In this document: one piece after another, positions 1-10,148 of the stretch
Numbering within the stretch: position 1 is the first letter of the stretch
How the letters are laid out: every line of letters begins with the position of its first letter
Origin: Coriobacteriia bacterium
Lineage (GTDB): Bacteria; Actinomycetota; Coriobacteriia; Coriobacteriales; UBA8131
Assembly: GCA_009783085.1 (NCBI GenBank)
Contig: WRHU01000004.1
Location: 76,380 to 140,379 of the forward strand
Reading direction: 5' to 3'
DNA length: 64,000 nt
Position numbers and translations under genes: made by a program
Notes under the pieces: model-generated
Databases searched by the model: none
What the model was told of the DNA's origin: nothing
What the model saw: the letters and a program-made list of their open reading frames with translations, nothing else

Positions 1-2137
1 CTTCTGCGGCACGCCCCGGCTGGAGCCATGAAGCGTCCTCTGCTGCCAAGGGCTTAAAGCGTAGCTTGGCAAGAGCCAGCTCACGGGCAAGCCCTTCAAC
101 AATGCCTTTTCCGTCAAAGAAATCAAGGGCTTGTTCTGCTGCGTTCCATGAGGCCTCAGCCCAGCTTCCGCACAAAACACCCGATATGAGCGCACGTTCT
201 TTGGGCAGCTTGTGCCCCTCAGAGACGGCATAGACCGTTCCGTCCTCGTACAGCTGAACATTTTCTACCCCACGGCTCATGTTATATGCCACCGAACGCA
301 GCAATCCGGGCATAAGGCTGCGGCGCATGACACTTTGCTCAACATTCATAGGGTTAAGCAACTCAACTGGCTGCTGATGCTCGGGCAGCGGCATGCTCAG
401 ACGCTCTTGGTCGTCAGGTGCCGCAAAGGTATAGGTCATGGTTTCGTTTAAGCCTAAGGCTCTAAGGCTTGCACCAATACGCTTGCGCAAGGCCTGCTCA
501 GGTGCTTCCAAGCCAATGCGACCCCTGCCTCCGGGCAGAGTTTTCTCCACCCTGTCCATGCCCCAAATGCGCAAGACCTCCTCGTACAAATCTATCTCAC
601 GCTCAAGGTCGGGGCGCCAGCTGGGCGGTTTTATCGGGATAACCACATCGTGCATTGAGGCCGCAAGTTTTTCGGTAACGCAGTCGCTCCCGTGCATAAT
701 ATGGCAAATCGAGTTTTCTGGCACGGAGCCGTCCTTGCGGTCATGGCACGCCATGTGGCAGCCAAGCCGAGTAAGGATTCCAATTATCTCAACAAGTTCA
801 ATTTCTGCGCCGATAAGGTCATAAAGCTTGCCAACACGCAGCTGCAACACGGGCTGTTCCTTGGGCGCAGGATACACGTCAATTACACCCTCGCATACCG
901 TACCGCCTGCAATCTCGGCAATGAGATTGGCTGCCCGTAGAGAAAACTCCTCACAGGTCGCCGCATCAACACCACGCTCAAAGCGTGCAGCGGACTCACT
1001 AAACAGCTGCAAGTTGCGGCTCGTACGGCTGGTATGCGCCGGAGAAAAGCTTGCGCTCTCAAGCAAAATAGTGGTGGTTATATCGGTAACCTCAGTAGCA
1101 GCACCGCCCATAACACCCGCAAGCGCAATGGTAGCACCTGAGCCACCTTGAGCGTTGCCGTCATAAATAACCGTGACGTCGGGGCTGAGCGTGCGCTCAA
1201 TCTCATCAAGGGTAGTAAACAGCTCGCCTGCCGCAGCAGCCCGCACCCCTACCTGCGCCTTGCCAGCTTTATCAAGCGTAAAGGTATCAAAGTCAAAGGC
1301 ATGAAGTGGCTGCCCCAGCTCAAACATAATGTAGTTGGTTGCATCAACAATGTTGTTTATGGAGCGTGCGCCTGCGGCGGTAACTCGCTCAACAAGCCAT
1401 GCGGGTGATGGGCCTACCGTAACGCCTTGTATAATGCGTGCTGTATAACGAGGGCAACGCTCAGCGTCGTCAATCTTAACGGCAACAAGCTCATCAACGG
1501 GCTTTCCCTTTGGTGCAGCGGGTACCTCACGTCCCACAGAATACGGCAGGTCATACACCGCACCAACCTCACGTGCAATGCCTAACATGCTCATGCAGTC
1601 AGGGCGATTAGGAGTAATTTCAAGGTCAATAACGGTATCTGACAAGCCAAGATAATCGGCTATCGCAGCGCCTACGGGAGCATCCGCAGGCAAAATGAGC
1701 AAACCCTCGTGGTCATCGCCAAGCCCGAGTTCACGAGCCGAGCAATTCATGCCGCGCGATTCAATGCCCCGCAGCTTTGCTTTTTTTATCTGCATGCCAC
1801 CCGGCATAGTAGCACCCACCAAAGCAACCGGGACTTTATCGCCCGCATTAAAGTTCTGCGCTCCGCATACAATTTGCAGCGGGGCTGGTGCGCCGTCTGC
1901 CCCAAGGTTAAACGCACTCACGTCAACCGTGGTAACCCAAAGACTGTCTGCCTCGGGGTGTGCCTCACGAGTAAGAATATGTCCAACCACAATGCCGTCA
2001 AGAGCAGCACCCACGGTGTCGATAGATTCTACGGCAGTTCCTGTAAGGTCAAGGCGCTCGGCAAAATCCTTAATCGCCTCAGGCGTGTCCACCGGAGCGT
2101 TGACCATTGTTTTAAGCCATTTTAGTGATGTTTTCAT
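1..2137 (-). CDS. pheT: Phenylalanine--tRNA ligase beta subunit (3' end runs off the window)
   Basis: Hand translation from ATG at 2137 (SD AAGGA upstream) gives MKTSLKWLKTMV...DLTGTAVE. It contains MNCSARELGLGDDHEGLLI and DLEITPNRPDCMSMLGIARE, and lies directly downstream of pheS. Confidence 0.95.
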   Translation of the reverse strand, partial: MKTSLKWLKTMVNAPVDTPEAIKDFAERLDLTGTAVESIDTVGAALDGIVVGHILTREAHPEADSLWVTTVDVSAFNLGADGAPAPLQIVCGAQNFNAGDKVPVALVGATMPGGMQIKKAKLRGIESRGMNCSARELGLGDDHEGLLILPADAPVGAAIADYLGLSDTVIDLEITPNRPDCMSMLGIAREVGAVYDLPYSVGREVPAAPKGKPVDELVAVKIDDAERCPRYTARIIQGVTVGPSPAWLVERVTAAGARSINNIVDATNYIMFELGQPLHAFDFDTFTLDKAGKAQVGVRAAAAGELFTTLDEIERTLSPDVTVIYDGNAQGGSGATIALAGVMGGAATEVTDITTTILLESASFSPAHTSRTSRNLQLFSESAARFERGVDAATCEEFSLRAANLIAEIAGGTVCEGVIDVYPAPKEQPVLQLRVGKLYDLIGAEIELVEIIGILTRLGCHMACHDRKDGSVPENSICHIMHGSDCVTEKLAASMHDVVIPIKPPSWRPDLEREIDLYEEVLRIWGMDRVEKTLPGGRGRIGLEAPEQALRKRIGASLRALGLNETMTYTFAAPDDQERLSMPLPEHQQPVELLNPMNVEQSVMRRSLMPGLLRSVAYNMSRGVENVQLYEDGTVYAVSEGHKLPKERALISGVLCGSWAEASWNAAEQALDFFDGKGIVEGLARELALAKLRFKPLAAEDASWLQPGRAAE

Positions 2138-2177
2138 CTCTGTTTCCTTTATGCAATCTACTCTCTACTGTCAAACT

Positions 2178-3239
2178 CTAAAACTGTCGCAAGAAGCGCA
2201 TATCGCCTTCCAGCAGCATGCGCAAATCAGGGACGTTGTACTTTAGGCAGGCAATGCGCTCAACGCCCATGCCAAAGGCAAAGCCGCTGTATTCCTCGGG
2301 GTCAATGTTCACAAAACCAAAGACGTTGGGGTCAACCATGCCGCAACCCAAAATCTCAAGCCAGCCCGTGCCTTTGCAAAAACGGCAGCCCTCACCGTTG
2401 CAAATACCGCAGCTCACGTCAACCTCTGCGCTGGGCTCGGTAAAGGGAAAATAATGCGGACGAAAACGCGTTTTGCGCTCAGGGCCAAATATCTGCTTGC
2501 AAAAGAAGTCCAAGGTACCCTTGAGGTCGCCAAAGGTAATGCTTTTATCTACCACCAAGCCCTCAATCTGAGTAAACTGCGGAAGGTGCGAGGGGTCAGC
2601 CACATCGCGCCTAAACACCCGCCCGGGAGAAAGCACATAAATGGGTGGTTTTTGCTCCTCCATAGCGTGAACCTGCGCACCACTGGTCTGCGTGCGGAGC
2701 ATAACGTCGCTCTCGCCTTGCACTGCCGCCACATCGCCCGAGCGGTCAACCACATAAAAGGTGTCTTGCATGCCACGTGCTGGGTGGTCATCGGTGTAAT
2801 TGAGCGCCGTAAAATTGTAGTAATCAAGTTCTACTTCAGTTCCCTCAACCACCGAATAGCCAATACCTCTAAACACTTCAACAATTTCTTCGGTTAAGCG
2901 GTTGATAAGGTGCTGCGTTCCAAGCGGGTGCGCACGACCAGGCAGGCTAATATCCAGTGCCTCTGCCTCAATGCGTTGCGTAAGTGCCGCACTCTCAAGC
3001 GTAGTTTTACGAGCGGCAAGCGCAGCCTCAAGGCTATCACGAGCGGCGTTGACGGCCGTACCTATTGTTACGCGCTCCTCAGGTGCAACCTCTGCCATGC
3101 CTCGCAAAAGTGCCGTAAGAGAACCCTTTTTGCCGAGCACACGCACACGCACCTCGTCGAGCTCTGCGGTTGAGGATGCTGCATCTATGGCAGCATGTGT
3201 TTCTTTTTCTTGTTGTTCGATGCTTGCAAGTAGTGACAT
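2178..3239 (-). CDS. pheS: Phenylalanine--tRNA ligase alpha subunit
   Basis: Motifs HPARGMQDTFY, RTQTS, HLPQFTQIEGL, RFRPHYFPFTEPS and GFAFGMGVER. Confidence 0.98.
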   Translation of the reverse strand: MSLLASIEQQEKETHAAIDAASSTAELDEVRVRVLGKKGSLTALLRGMAEVAPEERVTIGTAVNAARDSLEAALAARKTTLESAALTQRIEAEALDISLPGRAHPLGTQHLINRLTEEIVEVFRGIGYSVVEGTEVELDYYNFTALNYTDDHPARGMQDTFYVVDRSGDVAAVQGESDVMLRTQTSGAQVHAMEEQKPPIYVLSPGRVFRRDVADPSHLPQFTQIEGLVVDKSITFGDLKGTLDFFCKQIFGPERKTRFRPHYFPFTEPSAEVDVSCGICNGEGCRFCKGTGWLEILGCGMVDPNVFGFVNIDPEEYSGFAFGMGVERIACLKYNVPDLRMLLEGDMRFLRQF

Positions 3240-3489
3240 ACCAGTTGCTCCTTGTTTTGCTTTTTTGTTTGTGCAGGCTGCTGTGGCTCGCCTCCTTTGG
3301 GCGAACTTGAGGCTGCATAAAACTTCAAGTTTTCCAGTATACCTGTTTATGGCGTTTTGCGGAGCGAGCTATCGTAAAGAAGTGCAGCTGAACGCACTGC
3401 CATTGCAGCGAGCGTGAGCGCCGTTAGGGCCAAGCAAGGCACAACCACTGCCAGAGCCGCCACCAAAAAACCAACAATCCAAACAAAAG

Positions 3490-3515
3490 CAAAAGCCCCG
3501 TTTCCGAGGCTTTTG
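3490..3515 (-). terminator. Intrinsic terminator after beta-helix paralogue 1
   Basis: Hairpin AAAAGCC-CCGTTTCCG-AGGCTTTT, with a T-rich tail on the minus strand. Confidence 0.75.
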
Positions 3516-3573
3516 TTCGTTCATTTTCTACACATAAGAGAATAGCACCTGTAATTCGCAAGGGCGCAACCCT

Positions 3574-5165
3574 TTATTTAACTACAATGGTCACTTTTTT
3601 CTTGGTAGTTCCCTTTACGTTCTTGGCGCTAATGGTAATTTTGTACTTACCTTTTTTGAGTCCCTTGGGAATAATAAGCTGGCCGCTTTGGTCAATTTTT
3701 ACCTTAGTTTTGCCCTTCTTTACCGACCACTTGCAATCAGCACCACCATTGGCGGTATAGAGCTTAATGGTTTTCTTATAGCCTTTTTTAAGCGTAATGG
3801 TTGCACTGCCTTTAATGGTAGGCTTTTTGGTAACTTTTGCCTTTGTTTTGATGCCGTCCTTATTGCTAACGTCGTAGTTGTTAAAGCCCTGCATAAAGGG
3901 ATAGGTCCACGTAGTGCACGCTATTTTTGCCTTGTTGTAATCCTGCATATATTTTGGGTTTAGCTTGCGGGCATCTTTTGCCTTATTCTTTGAGAAGGTA
4001 ACGTTTTTGCCGATGGTCAGACAATCATAGTTCCAGCGGTTAGCATGTAGCCCGCCGCCGTTGCCCTTGGCGGTATTGCCTGAAACAGTGCCGCCCGTCA
4101 AACTAACTGGCTTGTTATCGCAACTAATGCCGCCGCCGTTGCCCTTGGCGGTATTGCCTGAAACAGTGCCGCCCGTCATCTTAAAGCCGTCGCTGAAGCA
4201 GGTGGTTTCTACTCCGCCACCGTTTCCATTAGCGACATTACCTGAGATAGTTCCGCCACTCATAGTAAAACTACCAGCGTCATACACGCCGCCGCCACTT
4301 TCCGAGGAAACATTATTTGCTATGGTGCCACCAGACATAGCAAAGGTTCCAGAGCTGCTGACACCGCCGCCATAACCTCCAGATTTGTTGTTAGATATTG
4401 TGCCACCTTTCAAGTTGAACGTGCCTCTCGTGGCAACATTCACGCCCCCACCGCCATAGGTGTCGGTATTGTTCGAAATACTCCCACCCGACATAGTAAA
4501 AACACTGCCACCTGTGTTCCAAACGGTGCCGCCCGTGCTTGTGGTATTGTTGCCCATTATTGAGCCGCCCTGCATGGTGAAGGTGTTGCTGTTTTTTACG
4601 CTGGTACTTTTACAGTTGGCAATTTTACCGCTTTTGAGGGTAAAAATACCGCTGTTTGACACACAGGAACCAGTGGTGCTTGTAAAGGTAAGTGTTGGCC
4701 CGTTAAGGGTAAACTTACCACCAGTCTGAATGTACACAGTGTAGAGTTTCGGAGATGACAGAGTAAATGAGCCCGTCAGCGTAATATCCTTATTGCTGCC
4801 AACAAGGAGGTAGTTCTCTACCAAAGACTCTGTTCCAAACGTAATGTTTTCAGTCATCACAATGGTGCGCGGCGTAGAATTTGGTGCGCTATTCGCTGCA
4901 TTTTTTAGCTCAGTAACATTTTTGACATAAACTACATCGCCAGCCAAAGACTTAATTTCTTGCGTGCCTTCCTCGGCAAATGCGGCTGCCGGTGCTGCAG
5001 CAAAACTGCCACACGCCAGTACAAATGCTACCACCAAGGCAAGCGCACGCTTAGCTGGTGATACAGCAGGTCTTGATTGAGTTTTGGACGGAGAGTTTTC
5101 TTTCGGGCTTACTTTAGGGTCAGAGAGAGAGAGAGAGAGCTTTTCAGACCAAGGTTTAAGTTCAT
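3574..5165 (-). CDS. Secreted Gly-rich right-handed beta-helix (polymorphic-outer-membrane-like repeat) surface protein, paralogue 1; probably frame-OFF at the (CT)9 tract
   Basis: Signal peptide (ALALVVAFVLAC...AAAFA-EE), repeated GG(G/A)V / F.MSGG.IS.N units and a Lys-rich C-terminal beta domain. The SD-supported ATG at 5165 is out of frame with the body; an in-frame ATG at 5193 has only a weak SD. Confidence 0.7.
5122..5139 (-). repeat. (CT)9 dinucleotide tract in the 5' end of the surface-protein gene
   Basis: The plus strand reads (AG)9 at 5122-5139. Confidence 0.95.
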
Positions 5166-5370
5166 GAGTTAACCTTTCTAATTTTTGTGGCATATACGCC
5201 ACCACCGTATATCATTGCACATAATACACGCTTTTTCTGAGTTTTTCAAGAGCCCCCCGGCAAACGGCGGCTTGTAGGTGGCACAAGAGCACTGAAAAAA
5301 TGCTTCAAAAGTAACGTAGACGCTGGTTAGCGGCAAAAATAAGGCCCCATTTACGGTAAAATATAGTGCT

Positions 5371-6387
5371 ATGAAAAAGACAAACTACCCTACAGCACCA
5401 CCGCAAATGGCATTGCAAGCGTCGGTGTGGGCACCAACACAAGCATCTTTGCAAAAGCCGAGGCGAGTCGTGAGGACTATTCTCGCTCAGGCGATGCGAA
5501 TGTTGCTTGTCCTATATCTTGCAACGCTTTGTGCCGCCTGCCTGCTGCTCAATGCCTGCCAGCCTCAGCCTCAGCAAGACACCAACACAGCGCTCGCAGA
5601 AAACCCAGCGGCTCAGAACAGCGATTTTAAGGGTTCTCTTGAAACTTCTTTGCAAGCTGAGCTATCCGCTCTGTTCGCAGAGCTCGAGCAGCTTGTTTCT
5701 GTGGGACAGCCTAATGATGCGTCGAAGTCCAGTAGCGCAAGCTCCAGCCCCTCAACAGATACCTTCGACAACGCTACTTTGCCCGAGGGATTTTCCTACG
5801 TAAAACTCGCAAACCCTAACATTCGAGTAGATTTGCGCTATGCCACAACCAACAACTTTACGGGTTTTGTAGTAGATGGTTATCACAATGCTCAGGCGGC
5901 AATATTAAGAGAGCCTGCCGTTGCTGCGCTTTCCAAGGCCCAAAAACAGTTGGAAAAAAGTGGACTCGGGCTTTTGATTTACGATGCCTATCGCCCTCAA
6001 AAAGCCGCACACTTTTTTGTTGCGTGGTCGCTCAACGATGATGAGCGCATGAAAGACCAGTATTATCCCAAGCTCGCTAAAAGTTCGCTTCATTCACTCG
6101 GTTATATTGCCGAGTATTCGGGGCACTCACAAGGAACTTCAGTCGATGTAACGCTGGTTGATTTGGCTACGGGCACAGAGCTTGATATGGGCAGCCCCTT
6201 TGATTTATTCGATGAGATTTCTTGGCACGATTCTCAACAGATAACTGCCAAGCAGGCACAAAACAGAGCTCTGCTTAAAACCACTCTAGAACAATGTGGC
6301 TTTACCTCTTTTTATCAAGAGTGGTGGCATTACACGTACAACAACTTCTCTTATCCGAGCACCTACTTTGATTTTGACGTAGCCTAA
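5371..6387 (+). CDS. D-alanyl-D-alanine dipeptidase (peptidase M15D, VanX/DdpX family), probable lipoprotein
   Basis: Motifs DLRYAT.NNF.G, IYDAYRP, SGHS.G.SVD, MGSPFD and EWWHY; lipobox-like LLNAC. Confidence 0.9.
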   Translation: MKKTNYPTAPPQMALQASVWAPTQASLQKPRRVVRTILAQAMRMLLVLYLATLCAACLLLNACQPQPQQDTNTALAENPAAQNSDFKGSLETSLQAELSALFAELEQLVSVGQPNDASKSSSASSSPSTDTFDNATLPEGFSYVKLANPNIRVDLRYATTNNFTGFVVDGYHNAQAAILREPAVAALSKAQKQLEKSGLGLLIYDAYRPQKAAHFFVAWSLNDDERMKDQYYPKLAKSSLHSLGYIAEYSGHSQGTSVDVTLVDLATGTELDMGSPFDLFDEISWHDSQQITAKQAQNRALLKTTLEQCGFTSFYQEWWHYTYNNFSYPSTYFDFDVA

Positions 6388-7475
6388 TTGAACTTGAAAA
6401 TCTTTTGGGCGATGCGGTAGCCAGCGATAGTAAGCGTGCGACCAACGGGCCCTTTGAGCGTTACTCCCCTGCCGAGCGCACCGTTTCGCATGCGAGGATA
6501 CACTCCCGGGTTTTTCTCTTTGAGATAATCCCATAATTCTGTGCGTTGCTGTTCAGCGTCCTCACGTTTTGAGAGCAACAAAAACACCGAACTTATCGTC
6601 ATCATCATCGTAAGGTAATTGGTCATGTAGGCACGCAGCGGTAGACTTTCCACGTCTTTTTCAAGCTCAAATGCGTCAATCATAATACGGGTGACTCGCA
6701 GCTGCTGGTCAATGCGCGACACCATGGTTTTTTCGTTGACCGACTGTCCCTCGCGCCCAATAAAGTACCGATACCAATCAACATTGAGGTAATACAGCGA
6801 GGATACCGAAGGGAGCGGCACGTAGACATAGATGTTGTCCACATAAAACGTGTGCTTGGGCAGCTCAAGTGCGGCTGCGCGCAAAACCTCGGTACGATAC
6901 AGCACCGAGTGCATAAGAATATATTGGTGAAGCTTAAAGGCACCGGCCGCACTCCAGTCAACCACCAGTCCTTCGGGCAGGGCTTTTTTATAACGAACAG
7001 GCTGCTGCTTGCCTTCGAATACTTTTTCGTACACATAATTTGTAACAATCAAATCAACCGGCTCATCAACTTCTTGCCGGTGCAGGTTATTCTCGGTTGC
7101 CGGAGCAAGCTTCTCGTCAACAAAACTTGCGATGCACGCCAAAACTTCTTGTGTCGCAGCCTCATCAAGCCAGTCATCAGCGTCAACAACTTTGAAGTAA
7201 TAGCCGCTTGCGTTGCGCAGGCCCGTGTTGACCGCCTCGCCATGTCCACCGTTTTCTTGGTGAATAGCCTTGATAATGCTCGGGTGCTCACGTGCCCATG
7301 AGTCAATATGCTGGGCGGTTTCATCTTTGGTCGAACCGTCGTCAACGAGGATAATCTCGATGCGCTCGTGATAGCCCTTTGTTCCATCTAAAATGGTTTC
7401 AACACAGTGGTCAACATAAGTCGCCACGTTATAACACGGCACGGCGAATGTGATGAGAATATTATTTTTGGTCAT
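6384..7475 (-). CDS. Glycosyltransferase family 2
   Basis: N-terminal VPCYN, ILVDDGS, NGGHGEAVNTGL and VVDADD motifs. Confidence 0.93.
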   Translation of the reverse strand: MTKNNILITFAVPCYNVATYVDHCVETILDGTKGYHERIEIILVDDGSTKDETAQHIDSWAREHPSIIKAIHQENGGHGEAVNTGLRNASGYYFKVVDADDWLDEAATQEVLACIASFVDEKLAPATENNLHRQEVDEPVDLIVTNYVYEKVFEGKQQPVRYKKALPEGLVVDWSAAGAFKLHQYILMHSVLYRTEVLRAAALELPKHTFYVDNIYVYVPLPSVSSLYYLNVDWYRYFIGREGQSVNEKTMVSRIDQQLRVTRIMIDAFELEKDVESLPLRAYMTNYLTMMMTISSVFLLLSKREDAEQQRTELWDYLKEKNPGVYPRMRNGALGRGVTLKGPVGRTLTIAGYRIAQKIFKFN

Positions 7476-7516
7476 GGCTCAAGCCTCCTTGCTTGTATCT
7501 ATTTTGCAGACAGCTT

Positions 7517-8752
7517 TTATTTTGCGCACGGCTCGTTTGTGCACAGCTCGTTTGCGCACAGCTCGTCGGCAAGTGCCAAAGCCCGTTCAACAATTTGATC
7601 CATATTAAAGTAACGATACTCGGCAAGTCGCCCAAGCGCATGAAACGTAGGTAGCTCACTAAAAAGAGCAAGGTAGCGCTCGTAGTGCGCTCGGTTCTCG
7701 TCATTCAAAATGGCGTAATAGGGTACTTGACCGGGTTCGTCGGCAAAGGCTCGTGGGTACTCCTCCATAATGGTGGTATGGTCAAGGTCTTGCCCCGTAA
7801 GCCAGGTGTACTCGGTAATGCGTGTGTAGTCCTCGCTGACGGTGTAATTGACCGTGCCGCAGGGCAAAACGTGCTTCTCGTCCAGCTGCTTATACACAAA
7901 ATCAAGCGAACGATACGGAAGCATACCAAAGCGTTTGGCGCATAAAAAATCGAGTGGGCCTGTGTAGATAATCTCGCCCTCAAAAGGAGTGCCGCCTGCA
8001 AGGATTTTGGTGAAGGGGGCGTTGGGGGGCGTATCGCCCGCCGCCAGAAACAGCAAAACTTCGTGGGCATCGCAGCCCGTTAGCACCTCAATATTGGGGT
8101 GGTCAAGCATGTTTTCGAACAACTTTGTGTAGCCATCAAGCGGCATACCCTGATAGGTATCCTGAAAATAGCGATTGTCACGCCCAGCCAGCACGGGCAC
8201 ACGTGCCGTTACTGAAGGATCAACCTCCTCAGGAGCAAGCCCCCACTGTTTTTGCGTGTAGTACAAAAAGACGTTTTGGTACACAAAATCTGCCAGCTCG
8301 CTAAGCAGCGGGTCATCTTGCGAGCGCAACTCAATGATAGGAACTTTGGTATCTGCGCCAAAGGTCGAAACGAGCTTGTCTTTGAGCGCCGTTGCCTTAT
8401 CCTCGTCAAAATGAAGCTCGATTGAATTGAGATTAAACGGAACGGGAGTATACGTGCCGTGGACATCGGCTAAAACCTCATGCTGATAGTCGCGCCACGC
8501 AGTAAAACGGCTCAAATACTCGTAGGCACGCTGGCTGTTGGTATGAAAAATGTGAGGCCCGTAGGCGTGGATAAGTACGCCCGAGCTATCCAGCTCATCA
8601 TAGGCGTTGCCGCCAATATGCGAGCGCTGCTCAATTATGAGAACTTTTTTATTGGCACGCTCAGCAAGCTCACGCGCCACAACACTTCCGGCAAATCCTG
8701 CTCCTACCACAAGGGCATCGTAGTTTGAATAGTCGTCTATATGAGAAACCAT
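7517..8752 (-). CDS. glf: UDP-galactopyranose mutase
   Basis: VVGAGFAGSV FAD motif, HIGGNAYD, YGPHIFHT, QDTYQGMP and GRLAEYRYFNMD; start moved to ATG 8752 (SD AAGGA). Confidence 0.95.
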   Translation of the reverse strand: MVSHIDDYSNYDALVVGAGFAGSVVARELAERANKKVLIIEQRSHIGGNAYDELDSSGVLIHAYGPHIFHTNSQRAYEYLSRFTAWRDYQHEVLADVHGTYTPVPFNLNSIELHFDEDKATALKDKLVSTFGADTKVPIIELRSQDDPLLSELADFVYQNVFLYYTQKQWGLAPEEVDPSVTARVPVLAGRDNRYFQDTYQGMPLDGYTKLFENMLDHPNIEVLTGCDAHEVLLFLAAGDTPPNAPFTKILAGGTPFEGEIIYTGPLDFLCAKRFGMLPYRSLDFVYKQLDEKHVLPCGTVNYTVSEDYTRITEYTWLTGQDLDHTTIMEEYPRAFADEPGQVPYYAILNDENRAHYERYLALFSELPTFHALGRLAEYRYFNMDQIVERALALADELCANELCTNEPCAK

Positions 8753-9060
8753 AGTTTTCCTTACTGTTGGGTGTTTGTTAGTTATGCAATGCGAGGATTG
8801 CTCTCGCCGTTGTAATGCTTGCTGTTGTAGGGCTGGTATCAAGCTTGCTCTTGCTGTTTGTCGAGCTTGCCCTCGCCGTTCGTAGAAAAGACTCGTATAT
8901 TGTAGCTTATTTGGGCATTTTCCGCCTCCGTGCCACGGGCAATGCCGTATCATAAGCAAATTACAAAAGTTTGTTTTGCTTGTTTTTAACCGTTGCGCCT
9001 AAGAGATTGCACGCCAGCACCTCTCTTGTGACGCACAAAACAACCCGAAGGGGGCATAGT

Positions 9061-10071
9061 ATGAGTTCATTTCTTGACCGTATTGTAGAGCGAGCAGCCG
9101 CCAACACCCAAACCATCGTGTTGCCTGAAGGCTCAGATGAGCGCACCTTTGAGGCAGCCGCAAAAGCAGCCAAGCTTGGCATTGCAAACATTATTGTGCT
9201 TGCCGATGAAGCGGCTGTTGCAGCAGCTGAGGCAGCGGGCGTTGAGCTGCAGGGAATAACCTGCGTTGACCCGGCAACCTCTCCCGATGCCGAGCGTTTT
9301 GCCGACAAGCTCTTTGAGCTGAGAAAAGAAAAAGGCATGACGCTTGAACAAGCCCAGGAGCTTATCAAAAATGAGCTTTACTACGGCGTTATGATGGTTT
9401 CTCTTGGTGAGGCAGACGGCATGGTTGCTGGAGCTGCTAACGCCACAAGCGATGTGCTGCGCCCCTGTTTGCAAATACTCAAAACTGCGCCGGGCACTAA
9501 GCTGGTGTCAGCGTTTTTTGTTATTGTGGTTCCCGATTGCGAATACGGAAAAGACGGTGCATTTATCTTTGCAGACAGCGGCTTGGTGCAACACCCCGAT
9601 GCTGAGGAACTGAGTGAGATTGCCCTGAGCTCGGCGACCTCCTTTGAAAGTCTGCTTGAGGATACCCCTGTGGTTGCTATGCTCTCGCACTCAACCTACG
9701 GCAGCGCAAAAAGTCCCTCAATCGACAAGGTTGCCGAAGCGACCCGTCTTGCCAAAGAAAAAAATCCCCACCTTGCTTTGGACGGAGAAATGCAGCTTGA
9801 TGCCGCCGTGGTGCCCTCAGTGGGACAATCAAAAGCACCGGGCAGTACGGTTGCCGGTTATGCCAACGTACTCGTGTTCCCCGATTTGGACTCTGGCAAC
9901 ATTGGCTACAAACTCGCACAACGCCTTGCCAAAGCAGAGGCCTATGGCCCCATTACGCAGGGTTTGGCAAAGCCGGTTAACGACCTTTCGCGTGGTTGTT
10001 CTGCCGACGACATCGTGGGCGTTGTTGCTATCACCGCCGTACAGAGTCAAGCCCGTAAGGCCGCCCTTTAA
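9061..10071 (+). CDS. pta: Phosphate acetyltransferase
   Basis: Motifs IVLPEG.DER, FADSGL, DGEMQLDAA, FPDLDSGNIGYKL and KPVNDLSRGC. Confidence 0.96.
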   Translation: MSSFLDRIVERAAANTQTIVLPEGSDERTFEAAAKAAKLGIANIIVLADEAAVAAAEAAGVELQGITCVDPATSPDAERFADKLFELRKEKGMTLEQAQELIKNELYYGVMMVSLGEADGMVAGAANATSDVLRPCLQILKTAPGTKLVSAFFVIVVPDCEYGKDGAFIFADSGLVQHPDAEELSEIALSSATSFESLLEDTPVVAMLSHSTYGSAKSPSIDKVAEATRLAKEKNPHLALDGEMQLDAAVVPSVGQSKAPGSTVAGYANVLVFPDLDSGNIGYKLAQRLAKAEAYGPITQGLAKPVNDLSRGCSADDIVGVVAITAVQSQARKAAL

Positions 10072-10148
10072 GAAAAGCATCTTTGTAATATTTTGTTCTG
10101 GATTGAGAAATTGAGAGTATAAGATTTCAAACGACAGCTGTTGTTAAC

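Noticed and set aside
212-2125. Plus-strand ORFs in the first 2 kb
   Set aside because: These are antisense shadows of pheT, which the track misses because it runs off the window.
3240-3490. Possible T-box leader upstream of pheS (also checked upstream of tyrS, 19640-19870)
   Set aside because: Small hairpins are present, but I found no T-box 14-mer (AAGGTGGTACCGCG-like) or specifier-loop signature.
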